Positions 1-16,158 of a stretch of 43,047 nt of DNA are shown here, piece by piece. Source of the DNA: Collodictyon triciliatum (taxonomy: Eukaryota); contig JBHJMP010000852.1 of NCBI GenBank assembly GCA_043381765.1, positions 1 to 43,047 on the forward strand. The letters run 5' to 3'. The translations under genes were made by a program, and so were the position numbers. The notes below the pieces were generated by a model. It was not told where the DNA came from. It made no database searches and was given only the letters and a program-made list of their open reading frames with translations. How positions within the stretch are numbered: position 1 is the first letter of the stretch; each line of letters begins with the position of its first letter.

Positions 1-7
1 ACAGACT

Positions 8-3000
8 ATGCCGCCTTCTCACAGCCACGGAAAGCACCACAAACAGACTCCTTTTGCCTCAAAACGAACTACGTACAAAGGTTGGCCTGGGTCGCTTCTT
101 TCTCTTTTTTTTCTTCTTTCTCTTTCTCTTTCTCTTTCTCTTTCTCTTTCTCTTTCTCTTTCTCTTTCTCTTTCTCTTTCTCTTTCTCTTTCTCTTTCTC
201 TTTCTCTTTCTTTCCGTCATTAAACATTATGGAGACTGATTCAAGTGTGGTATTTGTTTTCCGTTCAATATATGTACTTTCTCCAGACGAAGGAGAGCGT
301 ACAAGCTCAACCTCTGGCTTTCACGGGACCCGCGGATCTGTTGCGTTCGTTGAGGAGAACGTCAAAGAGGCCGGGACTGTTTCACCCTCGGTAGCAGAAC
401 TTTTTTCTCTGTTGTGGAATGTGAGTAAGAAATGCCTATGGTGAAGTTATATCATCATAGAAAGAAGATGATTGATATTTATGAGTTTACTCATCAAATG
501 GTGGAATATGATATCACACGAGCCTAATGTTTTAATTTGCTTTTCGGTGCTTATTCCTTGTTGGAAATAAAACGATTTATTTAATTATTTATTTGTAGAA
601 ATCATCCGAAAAGTTTGCCTTTCCCATTCCTCAAACAATCCTTCTTGATGAAGATGGCCACATTTCGAGTTGGCTTTTTACGTCAAAGGTTTGATTCCAC
701 TTCTAGTCTAGTTAAAATCTGGTGATATATCGATATTGATGTTGATAGTGATATTGTTTTCTTAAAAGAAAAAAGTGGTAGTTCTCCTTCGTAATGAAGT
801 AAAATGTCCAAAGGTTTCTGGATATATCTAAAAAGTATGGATGTTTTTGTTCATATCATTATTTTCTTACTAGGATGGCCAAACATTGAAAAAGTCTTCT
901 CACAAAACGACGGTTTCGGCTTTTCGAGATTCTCTTGTTCACGAGTCAATGTCAGATGGGTCAAATATTCACCAATACGTGTGTGTTGCGTGGAAAGGTG
1001 AACTGATTTCTCATCACTTGAGAAAAGAAAAGATCTGAAAGCTCATATTATCTTACTTTTTTTTTCAAATTGCAATTTAAAATAATGTATTGACATGTTC
1101 TTTTGAGTGTTTGGGAATCCTAAATTTGACTCCTTTTTTCAAAATGCAGATGGAGATTCAATTATTATGAAAGGTAATGAGTTTTTCTCATTATGTGAAC
1201 AGCTTATTTTGGTGGAAGAAGGGAGCGATGATGCTGTGTTGAATGATTTACCGAATGCTTTACAAGCATATATTCGCCCTTTATTGGACCAGAAGTAAGT
1301 AATCGTTGAGCAAATATCAACTCATATTTTTTCTTGGCAAGATGCCAGAGGAACTGAGAGTAAAGTCTCTTCTGGTAATATTGAAATTGACTCTTGCAGA
1401 ACTTACGCGGTATGATTATCATATCTTTAAATTTGTCACTTCAGATACATAGCGACGTACAGTGTCGATTCCAAAGGAGAAATATCTTGCGAAGTTAGCT
1501 GCAAAAAAATCTATCCGAGGTATTCGCCTCGCATTTGTGATAATCTTGACGCTTTTTATTTCTCTAATTGGTTCGTGTATAGTGTAAAAGCGTGGACACT
1601 TATGATTAATTGAGAGCACTTAAGATAAAATCGTAATAGCAAGACCCAGACCACATCGTTATTTACGTCGGGTGTTACCCCGTCAGGTTTGTTCGTAATG
1701 CGAATGAGAGCTACACTCACCTCTCTGTAATAGTGTCTGAATATCGATGGCCGTAAAGTTTCGTCATATTATGTTCATTTATAATAGCATCTGCCGTTTC
1801 AGACGTGCGAAACGCGATGATTTATATACTCCAGTACCTTGGGTGCATACATGAAATAGTGAGTAATACGTTTTCTTTCATTCACAGGTATCTGTGTATA
1901 TTTTTTTGTGCATGTTTTATGAATTTATTTTCATACGTAATAAAAGTTTACGTCACTTGGCAGAATCCCCGTCTTTTGGTTGCAGAGTTTATTCAAGATA
2001 ATATGGGCCGAGTATTATTATATTTTTATAACTATACGATTTCTTTCTTGTAAATGAACCAAGAACTAAGGTATTTCTAGGCTTGGTTAACCGAAAAGAC
2101 GACAATGTACTTACTGTAAAGCGTATTCAAATAGCTATTTCTGCTTTGTATTACAAGGGCACAGTATGCACGACCCATCCGACACTCTCCAATCACTGGA
2201 ACAGTATATTTCCACATTTCCATTCCATAATACTTGGTTCATGTACGGGTGCCTTTATCTGATTTTGATGGCGAAAAAAAAAAACACTGATGTGCTCTAG
2301 CATTAAAATGTCAGCTCCATTTTATGTTTTTTTTTTATCTCTAATCCTATTTAAATTGTATTGCCCCTTTACAACAGCCTGCCAATTCACGGCCTCCGTC
2401 TGTGGCCATTCCATCTCTTGATTTTCGCCATTTAGGAATGGGAAGTCGCTCTACTAGTATTTCATCTCTGTCACAAAGAAACCCACCACGCTCAACTTCT
2501 CGCTCTAATATGGCGTATACACCACATACGCCGCACAGGTCAGTGATGATAATTATTTCGCAAGAAAAAATGAATGTCATTGTGTTATATCCATCATACA
2601 TGTTGTAAATTTATTTTACTTCCTGGAAAAAATAATAATATCACAGCACAAATAAAATTTTATCAGAGCCAAGTAGGTGGAAGTATATGAACTATAACAC
2701 TTATAATTCATCCCCTTCAGTGAAAGACCTCACACAGCTCCTCCACAATCCACTGTGAATGATTATGACTATAGTAAGGGTATAAGTTCGTCTCATAGGG
2801 TAAATGAAAATGATGTAATTCACCGCCTTGATGAAAGAAAATCGATGGAAACCCTGTGTTTTATACGAATATATACTCATTTTCGGCCTGGCGTGTAATT
2901 TCAATTTTCTTGTCCATTTAGCACCGCTCAATCCCCGCGACAGGTTCCTCAAGTCGCGGTAATAACAATAACCTCGTATTGGAACTTACGATGGAGATTG

Positions 3001-4041
3001 ACGCCTGTAAGGTACACCTGCTATTAAATCGCAAGCAAAGCGTAGGCGTATTTGCTAAGCCGCACTATACAATAGGCACAAATTGCGAATGTTTTTCGAG
3101 ACCTTGCCTTATACAATGAAAAACTTCGTGTGAGGACAGAAGAGGCTAATAAAGCCGAGACTGAGTACATGAAAATGAAGCAAGAACTTGAGCTTATCGC
3201 TGCTGAGAAGCAGGAGCTGACGAACACGCTCTCCCAAGTATGGACCGAGGCGAAGCAACAAGCACAAGTGCTAAAGAAGAAGGAGCTTTTCCTCCAAGAA
3301 CAAGAGAATAGGCTGCAAGCGGTAATTCAAGAGAAAGATTCGCTCGCTCGACATTTGTCGGATGTCATTGTGGACCTTAAAGGCAAGCTGCAGATTCAAT
3401 CAACCAAGATGAGTGTCTCTGTTACCGATGGCCGCGAGATAGAGCAGCGCATTCAGGAAGTCCAGGCGCAGATTAATGAGGTCAGGGAAGTACGGGATAC
3501 CGAACAACGGCGAGTGGCTGAGCTTCAAACAGCACTTGCGACCAGGGAGCGGGAGCTGCGCCTGAAGTTGGACAGAGCAGACCGATTCAGAATAGACCCT
3601 ACCCGAAAAGAAAGCAGTCCAAGAGCGAAAGCAAACGCCTCGTGGGCGAAAGGAACATCCCAGCCACAGACAGGCAGCACCAAGAAAATCCCGCCATCCA
3701 TTTCCACAGGCCTGGGTGGCTCCATGGCATCGGCTACATCTGCTGCATCACCCACAATCAGCCCGACTGCAACCTACGTAGGACTAGCCAACCAGCTCAC
3801 GCCAAGACAAGCTGCGAACTATCCCTCTGGGGTGGCACAAGAGGCAGATGAAGACCCTGATGATGGCAATCTCAGTCCTACTTTGGTTGCCAGAGCAGCC
3901 CCAGTCTTTCGCAGCTCTATAGCAGCCGCATATTCGGACGAGGACATACGCCAAGACCCAAACACGCGCCCTATTGTTGCTTCCAAACGGGATTTGCTTG
4001 ATAGGCGTGCATCTCCTCTCCCTTTGGCAGAAAACGAGTAA
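8..4041 (+). CDS. Multi-exon uncharacterised protein: divergent ATP-grasp-like N-terminal region, coiled coil and low-complexity C-terminus
   Basis: Phase-consistent GT-AG exons: 8-80 (MPPSHSH..TYK), 287-420, 599-688 (FAFPIPQTILLDEDGHISSWLFTSK), 873-997, 1150-1293 (LQAYIRP), 1445-1519, about 1964-2011 (LVAEFIQDNMGR) then AWLTE, and a last exon 3076-4041 (coiled coil, TAA stop). Exons between 2540 and 3075 are ambiguous, and the 5' end could extend past the window edge. Confidence 0.65.
108..213. repeat. (TCTCTT)n microsatellite in intron 1 of the first gene
   Basis: Direct reading; about 100 bp. Confidence 0.95.
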
Positions 4042-4496
4042 GCGCCAGGCTTCATTAATGGGCCCAAAAGGGGCCGCCGTCGCTCCTGTTGTATATTCAC
4101 GCACTGTCATCCTTGCAGCAACGGCCTCCGGTTGAGTCTACCGAAGCTGTCTGTCTTTGGTTGTGAGAGATGTCTGGAAAAATTCGGTTACCGAGCCAAT
4201 CACACATACACCGCTAGTGATTTCTATCAATAAAGGCGAAACTGAAATGTATTTATTTGTTGCACATGCGTTTGTTTCTTTCTTGCTGGTGTTGTGTTTA
4301 TCATATCTTCTCTGCCATGCCAAGCGGCATCCTGTCTATCCCCTCAGGGCATAAGAAAATGTTGCAGCGTGGGTCCTTACGAACGAACTGACATGTACTC
4401 CTCTGCACAGATTCAAAATCGAAGTCAGTAGCCACATTTTAGTGGCATTCTTACAAAAATAAAAATAGGCACGAGAAGCTATACGTGTATTTGCTT

Positions 4497-7388
4497 TCAA
4501 CGAGGATTACCATTGCTGACATGGCGTGTCTCTTGGAGGTTCTTCCACACAAACAGGGTACATGGCACTCCAATCAGGCAGAAAATAAGGAAAGTGGCAG
4601 ACTACACGAAACAATGTGTTGATTTTTGTTCAAGAAAATGATACGCAGCAGTAAGTAAAAGATAATCATATATCAATATGCCTCCATGGTGCAATGGAAT
4701 CAACATCATTATCAAATACCGGTCCGATGCCAGAAATCAAAGAGGGGAAGGTCAGGGTCAGTAACAAATTCAGCATCCATTGAACAAAATTCATGAAGGA
4801 TGTTGCCTTTGCACGAAGTTCGTCATCGTAAAGCTCTAATCAGCAAATAGAGATGAGATTAAATAATCCCAGATAATTTATGAGCATCGTGTCATGAGCG
4901 AAAGGTGAGCGTGCACATAATTTTACGTGCCTGATAGGATGACAAAGAACAGTGGTCCCGGCTGCAGGATGAAAAATAAAACAAAAAATTAGGAAAAGGT
5001 TGGTTTTAAACGAGAGAAAAATTCAGCATGAGTGGATTGTTAATTAAAAAGAAAAAATATCTAATAAACGAACCCCAATTTCAAAACCGAAGATGAATAT
5101 GGCAAGACTAATACGCAAGTGTATCGATTGGATCAGTACAGAGTGCCCAGTTACAATCACACTTCTTTTTTTTTAAAAAAAAAAAATCCTTGAGGAATGA
5201 GTGGTACGCATAGGATATACCTGGGGATGGCGAGGCCAGCCTTATCATCATCCAAAACAAAAAAGGCAAGAGCCATTCCAGCGTTTGCGATGGTCATCAT
5301 CAGAAGTCCTAAAAAAAAAAATTATGTAAAAATGTAAAACAAAATAATGTAAAAATGTAGTAAAAAAAAAACGAAAGTATAAAATTGCAGAGTGAGAGCA
5401 TTGTTGAGGAGGGACAATAACACGCAAAAGGACCACAAAAAAAAAAAATAGCTGTGGTAAATGAAAATTTTCACTATACCATAGAGCAGCAGAGGCTTAC
5501 GACCAATTCTGTCAACAAGATATAAAGAGACGATGACACTGATAAAGTTCCAAAATCCGACAACTGAAACATGAGGTACATAGATCGTTATTTATATTTT
5601 GCTTTTTGTAAATCAGCAGCAAGGCAACATGATGTGCGTATGAAATAATGTCCCATAAAGTGCCTCACAGGTCGTTGCCAAGACTGATTCTTTGATACCA
5701 GCATCTTCAAAGATTTTCGGTGCGTAGTAAATAATGGCGTTGATTCCTGTCAACTTTGGTGGTTTCAAAAGCTTGTAAGAAAATAAAAGGATGGAAAATG
5801 TGTACATGGAATTCGAGATGGTTCCAGATAGCATATTTGAAGTAACCTGATTGCAAGCAGCCAGGCAAATACCGATGAAAAATTCATTTCTCCTGTCAAG
5901 CAAGGGTCTATATTCGTCCAAGAGCGACTTCCTTTGATATCAAAAAAAAAATCACAAACATGATATGCATTTTATTACATCCACTAATTAAAGGAGAGCT
6001 GCATGGCTACATGATTGAACTCATCAACGATTTGGTATGGTGATAGGAGAGACACAGTAGAAAGAAATGAAGTTAGCTTACTGTTTGGAGTTCAAAAGAG
6101 GCTCGGCCGATTGTCTAAAGTGATTCATCGGACGTTTTGTACCAAAAATTAATGGAAGGAATCCGATTAGAATCGCGGACTGAAAATACCAGCAATACTT
6201 TTTATTGTCGTTCATTTGTCATTTATTTTCGTGTAATAAATATATTCTTCTTACAGGGACTCTGTCGATTTCTTGATATACGCGCCGCTTTCTGGGAGGA
6301 AGAAAATGGCCAAGAGAATAAAGACTCCGGGGATGGAACCGAATCCTAGCTGGTATCTATACAACAAGGAAGCAAATTCATGTAAGTAGCGGAGTTGAAC
6401 AGGATGAAAGTATAAACGTACCGATAGTTGTCCTTATCGCTCAAGTAGCATTCATCTGGTTTGTCCAGCTCGCAGAATCCGAGACCAGTCAGGTAAGCAA
6501 TGAATATTCCGCAACAAATAGAAAGTTGAAAGATGGTTCCCATTTGCCCGCGAATGTGCTCTTTGATTAGGACATATATTTTAAGAATGAGAAAAAGTAA
6601 TCAAGTAATTAGCAAGGATGGCTTTAAGCCAATTTGCACTAGAACAATAAGGGAAAAGCATGATGGCACCACTTTCATTAAGTTGAGAATGAGAAAAGGG
6701 TTTAAAAATACCGGGCGATAATTCAGCAACGTAAGTAGGAATCACCACGGAGGCGATACCTACAGAAATACCGAGTACTCCACGAATCACACAAAAGAAG
6801 GCAAAGTCAAACTCGTTTGCCAAAAGGATACACGCAACGACGCAAATCTAATGATATGTCCAAAATGCAGCCCCATCGTTTAACCAAAGAAATATGACAT
6901 GAATCAAAAATGAAAATGAAAAAAAAAAGCACCCTAAGACGGTTTCTTACAGAGTCTTCAATTATTATCTGGTAGTGTATGCAGTACTTCATCATCTCTT
7001 TCTTCTTTTTTTTTTTGATAGATTATAAAACATGTCTATTGAGAGCAAGTACTAACCAGCCCGCAGATCTGAATCGGTAGGCGGCGACCATACTTGTCGG
7101 CAAAGGCGCCAGAGGTCGAGGCACCAAGGATAGCACCAAACAGAATCGTGGCTGTGGAAAGGCCCTCTTGGAAGCCAGACAGGTCGTACTTTTCCCTATG
7201 GCGTGTATGTGTGAATCTCTGTCCTTCGCCATATGTCAGTTTTTGATCATCCGCTTCCATGTGGGAGCTCGGTGATCACACTATTTGTTTACGCTCCCAG
7301 AAGGCAGACAAACTGAAAAAAAATGTGATCGGAGCATAAAGGAAGAGCAAGGGTGAGAGAGTGAGAGTGAGAGTGAAAGTGAAAGTGA

Positions 7389-7436
<48 letters not shown>

Positions 7437-7627
7437 AGGGGAAGGGGAGGAGAAAGGGCTTTGTGGATATATCATGAGACAGACTTTATCATTTCGCCGA
7501 CATTTGCAATGATTCCAGTGTTGTAGCCAAAGTTAATGCCTGCTGCGCACGAAAGAAGCCCAGCTACTGTTAGGATCAGCTTCGGAGAGTCCATTCCTGG
7601 GTGCTGGTTGCGCCTATGCTTCGTCAT
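4497..7627 (-). CDS. MFS sugar porter (GLUT/Sugar_tr family), about 12 exons
   Basis: Spliced translation gives family motifs FGYNTGII, ADKYGRR, VIPTYVAELSPEHIRGQMGTIFQL, LPES, QLTGINAIIYYAPKIF, VDRIGRKPLL, GPGPLFFVILSELYDDELRAKA and QETR. TGA stop at 4497-4499; start at 7627 or 7594. Confidence 0.92.
4836..4930 (-). other. GC-AG intron in the sugar transporter gene
   Basis: Only the donor TCAG|gcacgt gives the phase-1 junction that restores ILS-E-LY; the nearby GT (gtaaaa) is in the wrong phase. Confidence 0.75.
7353..7436. repeat. (GAGAGT)n microsatellite, intronic
   Basis: Direct reading. Confidence 0.9.
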
Positions 7628-9144
7628 TCGAGAAAGAAATGAACGAATAAATGAATCAATGTCAGTTCCCTCTGCTCATGCCGCGCCATTGTGGAGTTTG
7701 GATGAAGAGAAAAAAAACAGTGCCGCATTTCTTGACTTCTCAGAATGAATCAAAGAATGTGATATGTCAGTGAGAAACATCAGGAATTAAAGGGTTGTGT
7801 TATTCTTGTGCTATTGGCTTCTTGCGGTGTTATCGGCATCGGATAGTCGGATGTGTTTGAACCAACAGCCACACATATCATGTTTAGGTTGCGATAGCTT
7901 TGCTTCAAAAAGAGCGCCTCCGCCTCTCTCGATGACTAGTTGGCTGGCTTATTGGAGGACGCGACAGAGTGGCCGAGCGCAGGCTGCTTGGATAACTTTG
8001 CTGTGCGTGTGAAGCGGAAGTCAAGTGTTCTTTATTTTTTATTACTATTTTTTTTTTTTTTTTTTTGATAAAGGGTTGTGAGTTGTGTGTGGCTTGTCAC
8101 TTCGGCTTTTCTGGAATTCCTTCTTCTGGCGATGTGTTCGGTGTATCTCCAAACAAAAAATGTGACAGGCGCCACCATTCAATGTGATCATCCAATTTTG
8201 TGCATTTATTTTAGATTATCTAGAAAGGGTATGTCATTTTTATAAGAAGATTGTATTGCATATATGGATTTTATAATATAATTCAGTAAATTTTCTAATT
8301 ATACCTTTTAAGTGGCTCTTAAGCACTAAAAGACCTAATAATAATTATAATTTTCTAGAAAAATGTTACCAACAACAGTTTGACGCATTCATTCTGTGAT
8401 TCTGCTCCTACGCAGCAAATCATCTTCCGCACTTTGCTTTACAAGATTCAAGAATCTGGACATCGCTTAATTGCCCACCGAAGCCAGAAAGCCACTTCTT
8501 TTTTCTTCCCACACAGCCTCAACGCGAGTACACTGGATTACAACCTAAGTGGCTGGGGATTTGTAGGGAGTCTAAAGAAGGTGAGGTTCTCTACAAACAA
8601 AACAGACCTTGGTTCTTCAACCACAACGCTCTTGTAAAGGCACAAGGGACTAGCTTTCACAGTGCGGAGCAGCTGCGTTCTCCTAGATCTTCGAAAGGGC
8701 AAACAAACCCCACCCACCTACTTTGCTTTCCCTCTGCCACTGCTCCCTCAACAACCGCAAACATTCCACAAATGTTCATTCAAAACTGGAAACGATTTGA
8801 AATGATATCGATCCTTCCAGAAAGTGGTGAATCACAAAGGCATCTCCGAAAACCCAGGAATCAGAACGCAACTTCGATGTGCCTCGGGTTATGAGACTTG
8901 ATGGAATCTGCAAGAGCACACAGAAAGGAACCGATTCCTCTGAATAAAGCCAAGACTCTTCGCAAAGTGGGGAGAAATGGAAAACTTTGCATCGGTGGGG
9001 AAAGCTGCCTCGATCAAAGCTTATTCACTTATGCGTTGCTTGGCTAACTTCGCCCTTTCTGTCTTGTATAGTTACTTCTCTTGTATTCGTGTTTGCTGTA
9101 CACGAGCAAGCGTTTAACATCCACAGAAGAAAAACAAAAACAAA

Positions 9145-14547
<5,403 letters not shown>

Positions 14548-15096
14548 TATTCGCAACGCACTCCTTACGGTACCCGTTCAATCTGTTTATGCAAATGTCA
14601 ACCACGCCTCAACCGAGAATCGTCACCTTTTGCTTCTTTTTTTCCCCCCTCATTTTCCCCTCATTGAACACATCGACAAATACATAAAGTGCTGCTAAAG
14701 GAAGCCTCCTTTTTTTTCTTCAGTTTTTTTTTCCCCCTCTTCTTTTTCCTCTTCATTTCTCTCGGTACATGACAGAGAATGCTAACCCAGTCGATAAAAG
14801 CCCAGCATTAGTGGAATTAGATTCTTTTGTAAACATATCACAACTCCTAACCAGCCCATTATGCACAAAGAAAGCAGTGAAAAGATGTCTTTGAAAAGGA
14901 GGAAACAATAATCATTTTATTGCAAGTTGCGGGTGGTCAAACCTCAATGCCGGTCGTTTTTTTTTATCTTCTCTCCTTCTTTCGTTCCTTTTTAAGCTTT
15001 TCCGCCTTTTTTTTTTTTTTTGGAAGAAAAAAGTATTGGTGATGAATATTCAGTATGTCAAGCGATGTCTAGATGTAGATGCATACATTCTGATTG

Positions 15097-15133
<37 letters not shown>

Positions 15134-15180
15134 TCGGTACAAGAGGAGATACGGGCTGTGGTGATTAAGCAGCAGAGCGC

Positions 15181-16064
15181 CTAGAACGTATCCAGCGTGG
15201 CAATGGCAGAGCAGAATGCCTGGAATGCAGACATGGGATACATAAAGTCCATTCCGTAGCTGCCGTCCTGCAGCCGGCCCACCTGGAGAACAACGTCTGT
15301 GCAGAGTGCGCAGGACTTTATCACTTGGCTGGGCATACATATATGTATATTCATGGCGATATAAATCGCAAACGATTCTGCGTCTTGGATGGCACAGAGT
15401 GGGAAAGACACATAGACGTACTTCGGATGGTCCCGATTTCGATTTCCAGCTGGAAGTTGCGATTGGAGGGGACGCGGGGGCGGCCATAAAAGTTGTGGAC
15501 GTGCGTGTTGCTTTCTAATGGGTTGGATGGAAATATTTTATACATCTGGGCTTCTCGAATCCTGATATGGTGGCAATACTCCTGCCGCGGTGGATATTCT
15601 CATCGCTGTTGCTTTGACTTTTTCTACCATAATCATAACTTTCTGCTGTTATAAACGTTGTTTGTTTTGTTATCCTCTTTTTTGCTTGTGTTCTTTTTGA
15701 AAAAAAGAAGAAAATAAGGAGCTTCTTTTGGTAATCACATCACTCCTCGATTTTAAATGAACTCACTCGCGTGCCACGTCGGAAGCCGGGCGTGAAGAAT
15801 CATAATGTCCGGGTCTTCGCCGTGTCGGTCGAATCGTTTCTTGAGGCTTTCGGATTTCCTCATCGGCACGATGGACAAGTGTTGGTTGTTCAGAATGATT
15901 GGAATTAAGACAGTCATGTTTCTCGGGGCTTTGTCTGTCTGGTTATATTGTAGGACGCAGATATAAGTGATTTGGTCGGTTGGTGGGACGGGTGGGCTAT
16001 GATAAATATATATAACGAAAGATAATGAGAGCAAAGTAATCAAACGATATATAGAGTGATGGCT

Positions 16065-16158
<94 letters not shown>

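Noticed and set aside
1620-1640. Apparent in-frame TAA suggesting stop-codon reassignment
   Set aside because: The downstream acceptor aatag| removes it, and conserved genes (HECT, MRT4, RNMT) end at TAA.
6821-6831. GTATCCTTTT on the minus strand, a perfect U12 donor-like sequence
   Set aside because: It lies inside a sugar-transporter exon (codons C-I-L-L); the frame is continuous without an intron.
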